Of a stretch of DNA of 64,000 nucleotides, positions 1 to 10,400 are shown one piece after another; positions within the stretch are counted from its first letter, which is position 1; the number at the start of each line of letters is the position of its first letter. The stretch comes from a virus (lineage: Duplodnaviria > Caudoviricetes). The DNA lies in the IMG/VR virus record IMGVR_UViG_3300049781_000059, positions 10,199-74,198 of that record; one strand, 5' to 3'. The notes below the pieces were generated by a model, which ran no database searches, was not told the DNA's origin, and was given only the letters and a program-made list of their open reading frames with translations. Made by a program: the position numbers and the translations under genes.

Positions 1-455
1 CCGGGCGGGCCCGGCTCTCCTTGCGATCCGGGTGGCCCGCCCGGTCCTGCCGGGCCGGTCGCCCCAGCCGGGCCCGGTTCGCCGGCCGGGCCGTCGGTTC
101 CGCTGGCGCCGTCGCTGCCCGGTGCGCCGGACGGTCCCGGTGCGCCGGACGGGCCAGGCGGCCCTGTCGGACCGGGCGCCCCCAGGTCTCCTTGCGGACC
201 TCGTGGTCCGGCGACGCTCTCACCGGGTTCTCCTCTGCTGCCCGGGGGGCCAGCGACAGGGCTCGCCCCGAGGTCTTGCACCTGTGAGGCGAGAGCGTCG
301 CGAGCCTGGTTCGCCGACCGCAAGTCATGGGAGAGCGCGATGACTTGGATGGCGAGCCAGCCCAGTAGGAGCAGGACGACCGCGCCGGTCAGGCCGATGA
401 GCCACTCGGCGCGCGGGAGACGTAGGCCGCGGCGTTTCTGGCGGGTGCCGGTCAT
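1..455 (-). CDS. Membrane-anchored collagen-like protein (3' end off window)
   Basis: Not in the ORF track; translated by hand from ATG 455 (overlaps the upstream stop): [41 protein letters not shown] (TM), a short coiled coil, then Gly-X-Y repeats ([12 protein letters not shown]...[13 protein letters not shown]). Confidence 0.85.
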   Translation of the reverse strand, partial: MTGTRQKRRGLRLPRAEWLIGLTGAVVLLLLGWLAIQVIALSHDLRSANQARDALASQVQDLGASPVAGPPGSRGEPGESVAGPRGPQGDLGAPGPTGPPGPSGAPGPSGAPGSDGASGTDGPAGEPGPAGATGPAGPGGPPGSQGEPGPP

Positions 456-802
456 TTCGCGACCACCGCCCAGATCGCGACGGCGGCGGCGAGCAACCCC
501 ATCAGGACGGGCACGATCGCCTGGTAGAGGCGGGCTTGTCGGTCCTTTTCGCGGCGGTCGCGTTCGTCGAGCTGGTACTGCTCGAATGCGGCTTCAACGG
601 CTTCGCGGGTGCTGATCTCTTTCTGTAGGTCTTGTGACAGGGCGGTGATGCGCTGGTCGGTGTGAGCCGACTGGAGGGCGTACACCTCGGCCGACACCAG
701 CCTGTCGAGGCGGCTGTTGATGGACGCCATGCCGTCGCGGAACTCGTGGCGCATGGCGTCCACCGTGCGCCCGAGTTCGCCGACGCTCAGCTCGTCGGGC
801 AC
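452..802 (-). CDS. Coiled-coil protein with C-terminal TM helix (lysis-cassette accessory)
   Basis: 116 aa, charged heptad region followed by [20 protein letters not shown]; directly downstream of the holin. Confidence 0.75.
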   Translation of the reverse strand: MPDELSVGELGRTVDAMRHEFRDGMASINSRLDRLVSAEVYALQSAHTDQRITALSQDLQKEISTREAVEAAFEQYQLDERDRREKDRQARLYQAIVPVLMGLLAAAVAIWAVVAK

Positions 803-822
803 GGGCTGCTCCGTTCAGAGGG

Positions 823-1179
823 TCAGACGCTGCGTGACGGTCTGGCGGTGGCGGGCGTGGTGGTCGGGGAGACCTGGCCGCGGGTGAGGAGGCTGAGGAC
901 GGCGAGGACGACTGCGTTGAGGGCGCCGATCTTCTCCGGTCCGAGTTCCAGGCCGTAGGCGGCGAGGAGTGCGGCGACGGCGGCGACGAGTCCGGTGAAC
1001 GCCGACGGGGCGATGGGCCGGGTGACAGCGGCGGTGGCGGCGGCGAACACGGCGGAGATGACGGCGACGATCGCGCCGGCCTGTTCGGCGGAGAGGCCGA
1101 ACTGGAAGGTGACGAGCAGGCTCAGGCCGGCGCTGATCGCGGAGATGACGAGCGCCGGCTCTCTCCCGAAGATCTTCAT
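823..1179 (-). CDS. Holin-like multi-TM membrane protein
   Basis: Start reassigned to ATG 1179 (MKIFGREPALVISAISAGLSLLV...); 118 aa with about 4 hydrophobic segments; immediately follows the endolysin. Confidence 0.8.
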   Translation of the reverse strand: MKIFGREPALVISAISAGLSLLVTFQFGLSAEQAGAIVAVISAVFAAATAAVTRPIAPSAFTGLVAAVAALLAAYGLELGPEKIGALNAVVLAVLSLLTRGQVSPTTTPATARPSRSV

Positions 1180-1184
1180 GGTGG

Positions 1185-2201
1185 CTACTTCCAGTAGAGG
1201 CCGCGCACGGTGGCGCTGCTGACGGTGATGGGGGCGGTGTCGTCGGGCGTCGCCGGGTAGTACACGACTTCGAGCCGCACCTTCTCGGCGCGGACGATGG
1301 AGCCCTTGTTGTGGAAGTCGGCGAACGTGTTGCCGTCCGTTGCGGGGCGCTCGAGGAGTGGGCCTGTCCAGCGGGTGTTGTCTGCCCGCAGGTGGTAGAA
1401 CCGGCCCTGGAGTGTCGACCCGGGCGGGAGGACGGCGGTGATCTGCGCCATGGCGTCGTAGGCGACGGCGCCCGTGAGCAGGTCGGTCGTCTCGATGGGG
1501 ATCGTCGTCCACTTCCCCGGGGTGAGCTGCCGGGGCGTGGTGTCGTGCCGGCCGATGGGGTGTGGCATGTCGTCCTCCTGCTCGGGTGTGTCAGGGTTCC
1601 AGCCGGCGGGGTGTTGGAGGCGTTCGTGGACCCGCTCCCGCATCGACGCCATGGTGAAGCCGCGTGGGTCGACCTTTCCGGGCTGCCATTCGAGGTGGCC
1701 GATGACGCTGCGTTCGTTCCAGCCGTGGTGGCGGCACACCGCGGCGGCAGCACGCTCGATCGCTTCCAGTTGGGCGGCGGGCCATGGATCTTCGCCGTCG
1801 CCGAGGTTTTCGCATTCGAAGCCGTAGAAGTGCCGGTTGCCGTCGGTGTTCGCCTCGTTGTCCGGGGGCAGGGCCTGCTCCCCGACGACGGCGCGCAGGA
1901 CGTCGTCGTCGCCGAGCCCGGCGTGGTTGGCGCGGCCGTAGCCGACCAGGTGCACGCGGCCGTCCTTGGTGATGACGCCGTGGCAGAGCGGGCCGGGCAG
2001 GTCGCTGTGTCCGGTGCGGCAGATCTCCACCGTGCGGGCCGTGCCCCGGGTGACGGTGTGGTGGATCATCACGCCGTTCACCGGACCGAAAGGGCCCTTG
2101 TGGTTGCGGTTGTGGTTGCGCCAGTCGCCGACCTCGACGACCGTGAGGCCCTCAGCGCGCAGCGCCTGCAGGAAGCTGCCGGCACCCATCGGGTCGGCCA
2201 T
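1185..2201 (-). CDS. Endolysin, N-acetylmuramoyl-L-alanine amidase (Amidase_2-like)
   Basis: Zn-amidase motifs VMIHHT, ANHAG, GFECEN and IGHLEWQPGKVDP; linker and separate C-terminal domain. Confidence 0.92.
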   Translation of the reverse strand: MADPMGAGSFLQALRAEGLTVVEVGDWRNHNRNHKGPFGPVNGVMIHHTVTRGTARTVEICRTGHSDLPGPLCHGVITKDGRVHLVGYGRANHAGLGDDDVLRAVVGEQALPPDNEANTDGNRHFYGFECENLGDGEDPWPAAQLEAIERAAAAVCRHHGWNERSVIGHLEWQPGKVDPRGFTMASMRERVHERLQHPAGWNPDTPEQEDDMPHPIGRHDTTPRQLTPGKWTTIPIETTDLLTGAVAYDAMAQITAVLPPGSTLQGRFYHLRADNTRWTGPLLERPATDGNTFADFHNKGSIVRAEKVRLEVVYYPATPDDTAPITVSSATVRGLYWK

Positions 2202-2503
2202 CAGGCCACCACCGGCGGTTCGTTGTCGTCCGGCTGTGTCCAGTACCCGGACAGTCGTCGGGCCGTGGCGTCGGGGATTCCGGCTGCGATCAGATCGTCG
2301 TAAGCGTTGTGCGCCTGCTGCTCGTTCTCGAGTCGCGTCTGCTCGCGGACCGTCTCTCGTGCGGCTTCGGCCGCGTCCATCTCGGCCTGATACGTCTCGG
2401 CGGTCACCACTTCCGCGCCTTCAGGCAGCTGCGGTTCGACGCCGTCGCTGGTCTCGGCCATGACGAGGCTGCCGGTCGCGGTTCGGTAGTAGATCGTGGG
2501 CAC
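2201..2503 (-). CDS. Small acidic protein after tail-tip genes (tail-fibre assembly-like)
   Basis: GTG 2503, MPTIYYRTATGSLVMAET..., 100 aa, helical C-half; function inferred from position only. Confidence 0.55.
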   Translation of the reverse strand: MPTIYYRTATGSLVMAETSDGVEPQLPEGAEVVTAETYQAEMDAAEAARETVREQTRLENEQQAHNAYDDLIAAGIPDATARRLSGYWTQPDDNEPPVVA

Positions 2504-2511
2504 GATGCTCC

Positions 2512-3351
2512 TTAGAGGATGATCCCGAAGGCGCGGATGAACGACTGGACCTTGTTGTATTCGGCGCCGCCGAACCCGGCCCCCGCCTGCACGAGCAGGT
2601 TCTGCGTCGCCGACGCGCCGGGCGCCACGGTGAAGTTGAAGACCTTCGTGAGCTGGGTGTGGATGTCGCGCAGGGTGCCGCTTCCGGTGTTTGCGACGCG
2701 CTGCATCTCGTCGCCGGTGATGCCCCACGTTGCGCCGCTGTTGGGTGGCAGGTCTATGTCGACGTCGATCTCTTCCTCGCAGATCACGAACATGGGCCTG
2801 CACGGGTCCGGGTTTGTGATCGTCAGGGCGTGGTGTGCGATCTCGGTGGGGTATGCGGCCGGGACCAGGGTCGGGTCGTTGTTGTCGGTCGTCGACTGCT
2901 GCTGGAAGAACGTTCGGCCGCGCGGCAGTGTCCGCAGGCGGCCGGTGCTGTCGCAGTAGAGGTCGCCGCCTTCGGTGTCGAGGTTGCAGGTGAACGGCCA
3001 TGTGCCGGTCGGGACGACGAGTGGTGTTCCGGTGCTGCCGTTGCCGTTGAGGCCGCAGCCGGAGACGACGGTTGCGCCGCCGCCTGCAGGCACCATCAGC
3101 CCGTCCGGTCCACACACGGCCGCGTTGGCAGGATCAGGGTCGAGGCGTAGCCCGGCAGCCAGCGGTGACGCGGTCGTCCCAGACCCTGCGAGCGTCACGC
3201 ACGAGTCATCGTTCGCGACTTCGAGCGGAGGCGGCGGATCGGCGCTGACGACGACGGGGACGCCCGGCGAGCCGTTGCCTTCAAGAGTGATGCCGGGGCC
3301 AGCAACGAAGGAGCAATTGCAGCGGTCTGTGCCGCATCCGCATCGAGCCAA
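2512..3351 (-). CDS. Minor tail / fibre protein
   Basis: TTG 3351, MARCGCGTDRCNCSF..., 279 aa; repeated (T/L)xGxG(S/T)xxxP shaft-like units and a beta-rich C-terminus. Confidence 0.7.
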   Translation of the reverse strand: MARCGCGTDRCNCSFVAGPGITLEGNGSPGVPVVVSADPPPPLEVANDDSCVTLAGSGTTASPLAAGLRLDPDPANAAVCGPDGLMVPAGGGATVVSGCGLNGNGSTGTPLVVPTGTWPFTCNLDTEGGDLYCDSTGRLRTLPRGRTFFQQQSTTDNNDPTLVPAAYPTEIAHHALTITNPDPCRPMFVICEEEIDVDIDLPPNSGATWGITGDEMQRVANTGSGTLRDIHTQLTKVFNFTVAPGASATQNLLVQAGAGFGGAEYNKVQSFIRAFGIIL

Positions 3352-3380
3352 GGTGATCAACCCTCGAAACTGGGTTCTTG

Positions 3381-3415
3381 GCTCGGCCCACAACCAGCAG
3401 CTAGCACACAGGATA
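3381..3415 (-). promoter_or_regulatory. Conserved late-gene leader element, copy 1, with -10-like TATCCT
   Basis: Plus strand GCTCGGCCCACAACCAGCAG 3381-3400; AGGATA at 3410-3415; 29 nt from the start codon at 3351. Confidence 0.8.
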
Positions 3416-3448
3416 CCCACCGGTCGTCGGCTGCCAGGCGCCTCGCGG

Positions 3449-4171
3449 TCAGCCGTAGAGTTCCAGCATGACGAGCCCGGTGCCGCCAGCGGCGCCATCG
3501 TTGCGGTTACCGCCGATGGACGCCGCGCCGCCTGCTCCGGCTCCGTAGCCGCGCGGCAGTGTGCCGACGCCGTCATTTGAGCGGGCGAAGCCGCCGTAGC
3601 CGAAGCGGGAGTCGCCACCACCGCCGGACACGCCAAGGCCCCCCGACAGTCGGAACGCCGTACCTCCGGCGCTGCCACCGTATGCGAGCTGCCCTGTCCC
3701 CGCTCCCGGGCCCGGCACGCCGACCTGCGTGTTGAGCGTGGTCCCCGACGTCATGTTCGCCGGGGAGCCATCGCCGCCGTTCGCGAGAACAATGCCGGCG
3801 AAGCTGCTGCTACCTCCGGCGCCTCCGGCGTTGTTGCCCTCCCCGCCCGCGCCGCCGGCACCGACAGCGATCGTCTCGACGTCACCGAGCAGGTCCGCCT
3901 CAAGGAGCGACATGGAGTAGCCGCCGCCCGCGCCGCCGGGCCGCGTGATCGCCTCGTCGTTCGCTGCGTCCGCGCCGGCCGATCCCCCGCCGCCGCCCTG
4001 CACCTGTACGCGGATCCTGGCGAGCCACGGGTAATCCTCTTTGCGGAACTGGTAGGTGCCGGGCTCCTTGAAGACGAGGATCTCACGGAGTCCCATCGTG
4101 CCCGGATTGAGGCACAGTTCACCGGCGTCATTCACGTTGAAGTACTCGCCACAGGCGCAGACACTCGCCAC
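3449..4171 (-). CDS. Glycine-rich minor tail protein
   Basis: GTG 4171, MASVCACGEYF...; RIRVQVQGGGGGS, GGAGGGYS, IAVGAGGAGG and GGTGLVMLE motifs typical of phage Gly-rich tail domains. Confidence 0.8.
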   Translation of the reverse strand: MASVCACGEYFNVNDAGELCLNPGTMGLREILVFKEPGTYQFRKEDYPWLARIRVQVQGGGGGSAGADAANDEAITRPGGAGGGYSMSLLEADLLGDVETIAVGAGGAGGEGNNAGGAGGSSSFAGIVLANGGDGSPANMTSGTTLNTQVGVPGPGAGTGQLAYGGSAGGTAFRLSGGLGVSGGGGDSRFGYGGFARSNDGVGTLPRGYGAGAGGAASIGGNRNDGAAGGTGLVMLELYG

Positions 4172-4196
4172 AGCACACCCCGTCCTCGGGAAGTCT

Positions 4197-4231
4197 GCCC
4201 GGCCCACAACCAGCGGCTAAGGGGAAGGGTA
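4197..4231 (-). promoter_or_regulatory. Conserved leader element, copy 2, with -10-like TACCCT
   Basis: GCCCGGCCCACAACCAGCGG 4197-4216; AGGGTA 4226-4231; 25 nt from start 4171. Confidence 0.85.
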
Positions 4232-4250
4232 GCGCCCGTGTTGCTGCTCG

Positions 4251-4805
4251 CTAGGGGGCTGTGGGCGGCTCCGTCGGTGCCGGCTCGTTGACGGGTGGCG
4301 TCTGGGGCAGTGGCACGGCCGTGCAGTGGACGGTGATTCCGGGTCCGGCAGGGATGGTGGGGAGCAGTCCGAGACCGAGAAGGGGGCGGGTGCGCCAGAC
4401 CTGCAGGACGGCGGCCTCGGTTGTGACGTCGAGCAGTGTGACGGTGAGGCTGGTGTTGTCGTCGGGTTCGGTGTCGACTGGCAGTGCGGAGATCACGGGG
4501 GGTGAGGTGAGTGGTGCGGGGAACGTCCACAGGGCGCGGCCTGCGTTGTCGGTGACGGTGAGGCCTGCGAGTGGTGGCGTGCCGGGTGGTCCGGCCGGCC
4601 CGGGCTCGCCCTGGGGTCCGGGGGGTCCGGGCTCGCCGGGTCGTCCTGTGTCGCCCTGGGGGCCGCGCTCGCCGGGTGGTCCGGGTGTTGCTGCTCGCGT
4701 CCGTGCCGATACTTGAGCTGCTCGTGCCTGTTGCCGTACTTCCCGTAGTACGCCCGCCATGGGGCTGTCCGGGTTGCGGCGGGCGGCTGATCCTCGCACT
4801 GCCAT
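4251..4805 (-). CDS. Collagen-like minor tail protein
   Basis: Gly-X-Y run [34 protein letters not shown] followed by a small beta-rich domain. Confidence 0.8.
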   Translation of the reverse strand: MAVRGSAARRNPDSPMAGVLREVRQQARAAQVSARTRAATPGPPGERGPQGDTGRPGEPGPPGPQGEPGPAGPPGTPPLAGLTVTDNAGRALWTFPAPLTSPPVISALPVDTEPDDNTSLTVTLLDVTTEAAVLQVWRTRPLLGLGLLPTIPAGPGITVHCTAVPLPQTPPVNEPAPTEPPTAP

Positions 4806-4806
4806 G

Positions 4807-5814
4807 TCATCCCCCTGCCGGGGCGAGGTGCACGGCGACGGTCTCGCCCGTGCTGTCTTCGGTGACCTTCAGACCGTTGATCTTCATCGACTGGTTGATG
4901 GTGCGGCATGTCCGTGTGGTGGTGACGTCGACGCACCAGCCGGGCACGAGCGATTCGAGGTTGATCGCGGCGTCGGGTGACAGCGTCGCCTCTTGCGAGG
5001 AGATGAACACCGGCGCCGGAAGTGCGCCGCGGCGTCGTGAGCGTGCCGCGGCGTCCGCCGACGCCTGATCAAGGATCGAAGTCTCTTCGACGTACTGCTC
5101 GAGTAGCCCGTAGTACGGGTCTTTGCCGCCCGCGATGCCGAGGGCGCCGTCGCGGCCTTCGACGATCCAGCGGGTTCCGAGGGCGGTGCCGTCCTCGGAC
5201 ACGGTGAGCCCGTCGGGGAAGTCGGCGTCGGTGAGCCGTCCGACGCGCGCCTGGTGGTCCTCCGGCATGAGTAGGATGCGGCGGCCGACGGTGGTGAAGT
5301 CGATGCCTGTTTCGGCGAGTTTCCGCAGGTGATCGCCGGTTTGGCCGATGCTCTGTTCGTACTCGCGGTCGCCGAGGATGCGGGCCCGGCCGATGATTTG
5401 GACTTCGTGTCCGGGGTCGTCCGGTGCGAAGCCGTCGCGGATGAGCCAGGCCGCGATCTCTGTCAGGTCCCGTTGCGTGAAGTGGATCGATTCGTGTGGG
5501 ACGCGGCGGTCGAGCCAGCCGAGCACGTCGACGGCTTGGATTTCGACGCCGTCCGCTGTCCAGTCCGGCAGGATGATGGGCCCTTCCCACACGAAGTGGC
5601 CGTTGCGGTAGATCATCAGGTTGTGTCGCCAGGTGCGGACGTTGGCGAGCGCGGCGCAGCAGCCGCGGTCGGGTTGGATTGTCACGCGGGCTGAGCTGAG
5701 GTCGTCCAGGACTCGTGTCCATTCGACTTTGGTCAGCACGTCCGCCGTGGTGATCGTCGCGCCGTCCCGGTCGACGATCCGCGCCGTGTGTGAGCCGCAG
5801 CCGAGTGTCGTCAT
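4807..5814 (-). CDS. Minor tail protein (Tal/hub-like)
   Basis: ATG 5814, [18 protein letters not shown]...; [15 protein letters not shown] and GWLDRR motifs of actinophage minor tail proteins; second gene after the tape measure. Confidence 0.75.
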   Translation of the reverse strand: MTTLGCGSHTARIVDRDGATITTADVLTKVEWTRVLDDLSSARVTIQPDRGCCAALANVRTWRHNLMIYRNGHFVWEGPIILPDWTADGVEIQAVDVLGWLDRRVPHESIHFTQRDLTEIAAWLIRDGFAPDDPGHEVQIIGRARILGDREYEQSIGQTGDHLRKLAETGIDFTTVGRRILLMPEDHQARVGRLTDADFPDGLTVSEDGTALGTRWIVEGRDGALGIAGGKDPYYGLLEQYVEETSILDQASADAAARSRRRGALPAPVFISSQEATLSPDAAINLESLVPGWCVDVTTTRTCRTINQSMKINGLKVTEDSTGETVAVHLAPAGG

Positions 5815-5840
5815 GCCGGGCCGTCCCTTTCCCTGTGCGT

Positions 5841-5873
5841 GCCCGGCCCACAACCAGCGGCGTGGCAAGTCTA
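5841..5873 (-). promoter_or_regulatory. Conserved leader element, copy 3, with -10-like TAGACT
   Basis: GCCCGGCCCACAACCAGCGG 5841-5860; AGTCTA 5868-5873; 26 nt from start 5814. Confidence 0.85.
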
Positions 5874-7310
5874 GAGTCCTGGCCCGTACTCGAGTCCTGT
5901 GAGCGCGAGCCGGATCGTCGCATCGTCGGCCGGAGTGAAGATCGCGTCGGCGTGGATTGCGACGCAGTACGAGGCGCAGTCGAGCAGCGGGAACGTGAGG
6001 GGTGCGCCGTTGCGGCCGTAGGCGTCCGGTGATCCCTCGCAGACGCCGCCGCACTCGACGATCGCCCGGCCGATCTGCCCGTCGAGGCGGAGTGTGCCAC
6101 CGGCTGGCACATAGGCGATCTCGTAGACGCTGTGCGGGTTGCAGCGCTCGGCGTCGACTACGTCTTCGCACGTCATGCCTTCGTGGTTGTCCGTGCGCTC
6201 GTAGATCTCGACGGTGATCCGGCGCAGGGCCTGACTGCCGGCATAGATTTCGATCATCGGTGCGGCGCCGAACCACCGCGGCCACGCCTCCAGGTCGAGT
6301 TCGAGGTACGTCGAGTTCACGGCGATCGCCCGGCAAAAGCACGTGTCCGGTTCCGGAGGGGCCGGTGGTGTCGGTGTCTGACACCTCGGATCCGCGCACC
6401 GTTCCTGCGGGTCCGGGCATGCGGCGAGCCGGCACGTCTGGTCGCAGGGGGCGTCGCGGTCCAGGACGGACCAGGACACCGCGCAGTCGGCATCGTCCAC
6501 GACCGGCGCCGTCACCGAGTCGGCCGTGCACGCCGCGTCCGGCTCCAGACAGACAGGGCTGCTCGGTGCGGTCGGGCTGCGGTGTACACACCAGGTGATG
6601 CACTCGGCGCCGTCATCGGTGGGCAAGGCCAGGTCCAGGGTCGGTATGGGGTCGGACCACTGCCACGGGGATGCTGCGGTGAGAACGAATTCGACGGTGA
6701 TGATGTCGGCGCCGGAGCTGCATTGGCCGCTGGTGCAGCCGTCGCCGGAGCGGCTCGTCACCCGCGGCCCGTCGATCAGTGCGACGCGGCGCAGTGTCCG
6801 CCGGTGCCGCGCCGCGAACTCGTCTGGGGTGAGGCCCTCGCCGGGACAGCAGTTGTAGATCGTCATGCAGTCGTCGCTGCAGGGGCCGCCGCAGCCTGCG
6901 AGTGCCTGTCGTAGCCAGCGCAGCCCGTACTCGGCGCCGCAGCACGAGGCGCCGAGCAGGAGGCCCGTCACGGTGACGGTGAGGGGTTGGGGGACGGCAG
7001 GGCCGATGACGGCGCCTCCGGCAGCGGACTGCGTCACCGTCCGGGAGACGGGGTTGTCGTCGAGCCCTTCGACGGTGAGGACCAGCAGTCCGGCGAACTC
7101 GCCGGACTCCGGCACGTCCGGGTCATACCAGGGGGCGTTGTCCTCAGCCGGTGTGGTGTAGGGCTCGTCGCCGACGAGTTGCGCGGTGAACGTTTCGCAC
7201 GCGCAGACGCCGATGCTGTCGAGCGGTGACCCGACCGTCTGGAGATACGTCTCGAGCCGGGCCGAGTTGGCGATCTCGACATCGCCGAGCGCGAGGTAGC
7301 CGTCGAGCAT
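5871..7310 (-). CDS. Cys-rich minor tail protein (distal-tail-like)
   Basis: ATG 7310, MLDGYLALGDVEIANSARLETY; first gene after the tape measure; many Cys clusters. Confidence 0.72.
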   Translation of the reverse strand: MLDGYLALGDVEIANSARLETYLQTVGSPLDSIGVCACETFTAQLVGDEPYTTPAEDNAPWYDPDVPESGEFAGLLVLTVEGLDDNPVSRTVTQSAAGGAVIGPAVPQPLTVTVTGLLLGASCCGAEYGLRWLRQALAGCGGPCSDDCMTIYNCCPGEGLTPDEFAARHRRTLRRVALIDGPRVTSRSGDGCTSGQCSSGADIITVEFVLTAASPWQWSDPIPTLDLALPTDDGAECITWCVHRSPTAPSSPVCLEPDAACTADSVTAPVVDDADCAVSWSVLDRDAPCDQTCRLAACPDPQERCADPRCQTPTPPAPPEPDTCFCRAIAVNSTYLELDLEAWPRWFGAAPMIEIYAGSQALRRITVEIYERTDNHEGMTCEDVVDAERCNPHSVYEIAYVPAGGTLRLDGQIGRAIVECGGVCEGSPDAYGRNGAPLTFPLLDCASYCVAIHADAIFTPADDATIRLALTGLEYGPGL

Positions 7311-7333
7311 GGGCGAGCCCTTCAGGATGAGTG

Positions 7334-7373
7334 GCCCGGCCCACAACCAGTCGGCAGCTGTTTGGCAAGTCTA
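7334..7373 (-). promoter_or_regulatory. Conserved leader element, copy 4, with -10-like TAGACT
   Basis: GCCCGGCCCACAACCAGTCGG 7334-7354 (1-nt insertion); AGTCTA 7368-7373; 23 nt from start 7310. Confidence 0.8.
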
Positions 7374-7402
7374 GGCAGCCGGAAGTCCCAGCCTGTCGGC
7401 GT

Positions 7403-10400
7403 CTACATTCCGTAGGCCAGCGCCATGCGGTGCATGACACGGCGGGCCGTCGCGTCGGGGTCGCCGACCGCCGCCATGTTGAAGACGGGGGCGATCGTCA
7501 CTGTCTGCGCGCCACTGCCGCTCCCAGAGGGTTCGGCGCCGATGATGCCCATCAGCCCGGACTGGGCGACGAGCTGCCGCGCCCGCTTGGGTTTCGTCAA
7601 CGGGATGATCACCTCGGGTCCGGCCTCGCCGACGAGTGCGTGCGTGGGCCCCCACACCATGCCGCCCTCCGCGAACGGCAAGTACTTTTTCACGGCGTCG
7701 GGCAGCCCGCTCTTGATCGAGGACATGATCCGCCCGCCGATGTCCCCCAGAGCACCGATGATCTTCCCCGGGAGTCCCGTGAAGAGGCCGACAATCCCGG
7801 AGATCAGACTGGACACGGCGCTCTGCACCCCTCCGACCGCGCTTGTGAAAGCACTGGAGATCTTCGATCCGACCGACGACAGCGCCGATCCGATCTTGCC
7901 GGGCAGTCCCGAGAAGAACGACACGACGGACGAGCCGAAGCTGCGCGCCGCGCCGAGCGCCTGCGTACCGGCCGACGTGACAACCGAGGTGATCTTTCCG
8001 GGCAGCGCCGAAATCGCGGACGCAGCCCGCCCGGGGAGCTGCTGGAAGAACGACGCCGCCGACGACAGGAACCCCGAGATTGCGGAGGTCGCCGTCGAGA
8101 ACGCCGAACTGAGGACGCCGAGCAGCGCCGCGCCCAGCGACTGCAGGGCCGACACGATCCGGCCGGGCAGCTCGGTGAAGATGAACACCACGGCCGCGAT
8201 CGCCGTCAGCAACGCGATCGCGAGTCCGGCGATGGCTTGGACGAACAGATCGACGAGCAGGCCGGGCAGTGCCTGGAGGACGGCGAGGATCTGCCCTGGC
8301 AAGCCCGTGAAGAACGTGATCACCGTCGTGAACGCCGTCGTGATCCACGTGCCGATCGTCGTCACGAGCGTGGAGAAGAACACCGAGATCGTCGACCCCA
8401 GGCTCGACAGCGCCCCGACGATCATCGTCGGCAGGTTCGTGATGAACGTGACCGCGCCGGTCAGGAAGCCGAGCAGCCCGGACAGGACCCCCACCACGGC
8501 GGAGATCACCGGCACGACGGCCTGGATGATCAGCCACGACTCGAAGGCGATCGCCGCCTGGAGCAGCGGCGCGACGATCGAGAGGATCTGCCCGACGAGC
8601 GGCGCCAGGCTCGCCACGAACTCGGCGATCGGCGGGACCAGCGGCAGGATCGCGTCGACCAGCGCCAGGAACACCTGGATCAGCGACGGCAGGATCGGCA
8701 GCAGCGCGCCGATGATCTGGTTGATCAGCGGCAGGAACGCGTTGACGACCTGGATCGCCGCGTCCGCGAGCGCCGTCAGCAGCGGCGCCAGCCCGGTGAT
8801 CACGGACGCGAGCGCCCCACCGAGCGCGGCAGCGAGCGGCAGCAGAGCTTGAGCCACCCGCGCGAAGGCGTCCGCGAGGGGCGGCAGGACCGGCATCAGC
8901 GCGCCGACCAGGGCGGCGATGATCGGCTGGAACAGTGTGACCAGGTTTTGCAGGACCGGCGCGAGGACCGTCGCCAGCGACGCAACGAGCTGGCCGACGA
9001 GCGGCAGGATCGGCGCCAGCGCGGTGATCACTCCGCCGATCGCCTCACCGACCGGGCCCAAGCTGGGGCCGATGACGGCGAAAGCGTCGGCGAGGCCCTG
9101 CGCGACCGCGGACAGGCTCGGGGCGATCGCGGCCAGCGCCGGGCCCAGGGCGTTGACGACGCCGACGATCGCCGGGCCGATCGTCGTGAAGATCGGCATG
9201 AGGGCCGGGGCGATCGCGCCGACCTGCTGCACAAGCGCGGACAGGATCGGCCCGAGCTGCTGCGCGATCGTCCCGACCGTGCGGAAGATGTTGCCGATCG
9301 CGTCCTGGCCGGCGGCGGAGTTGACGAACTCGGCGAACTGGCCGGTGATCCGCTGCAGGTTCGCGAGGAGCCCGCCGCCGGACGCGTTCGCGGCCTGGAA
9401 GACGCCGGAGAGGATCTGCCCGACGTTCGACGCGATCGCGCCGAGTTGCCGGAACACATCGAGCGCCCCGCGGACCTCCTCGACGGCCTGCCCGGACGCG
9501 GCGAGCGTCGACAGCCAGGTTCCGAACTCGGCGCCGATCTGGGCGATGCTCGCGCCGACCTGCGGGCCGAACGCCTCCAGGACGGCGGCGGCGATGTCGA
9601 GGAGACCGGCGGCGACCGGCACGATCGCCGCCTGCAACCCGGAGGCGGCCTGCGTCGTACCCTGAATGATCGTCCGCAGCGGCACGAGTGCCTGCTGTGA
9701 CGCGGCGAACTTGAGGCCCTCGCTGGCTGCCTTGCCGAACTCGGCGGACAGCGCCGCCAGTTCCGTGCGCAGCGGTAGCAGGTTTCGCAGCGCCCCTTCG
9801 ACCTGCCCGGCGAATTGGGCAAAGAACGACTGCTGGATCGCCTGCTGAACGGCCTGGAGTTCGGGCGCCAGCTCCCGCACCGCGCGGACTGCGGTCTGCG
9901 CGGCCGGGGCGAGCTTGTCGAGCGCCTCCTGGAACTCCTCGGCGCTGCCCGTCAACGCCGCCGACAGAGCGTCGGATACGCCGAGGACGGCGAGCCGCAG
10001 CGTGTTGATGGCGACCTGCGCTCCGGCGACGGCAGCGGGCAGCGCGGCGACGATGCCGGCGGCGGGGGCCAGCGCAGCGACGAGCCCGCCGACCGCGGAG
10101 GCGGCGCTCGCCGCGGCGATCCCCACGGCGCCCAGTACGAGAAGCTGCTGCAGCGCCCCGGCGACACGGCCGGCGATGCCGCCGAGGCCGCCCAGCGCAC
10201 GCGTCAGCCGGTCCGAGTCGACATCGACGTCCGCCCGGACCGTGACATCCGGCGGCCGGTAGCCGCGGATGCGCCGGTCGAGGTCGTCGAGGTCCGGGAC
10301 AACACGGATCGAAACCTCTTCGCCGGCGAGCGCCGCGCGGATCCGGTCGACGAAGCCGGTCAGGTCCGGGGCGACCGGCAGGTTGATCGAGCCGAGGCCG

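Noticed and set aside
1-250. GC-rich short tandem repeats (also 4570-4690)
   Set aside because: Fully explained by Gly-X-Y collagen codons on the minus strand.
7900-10200. Periodic nucleotide repeats in the long ORF
   Set aside because: Ordinary amphipathic repeats of the tape measure protein.
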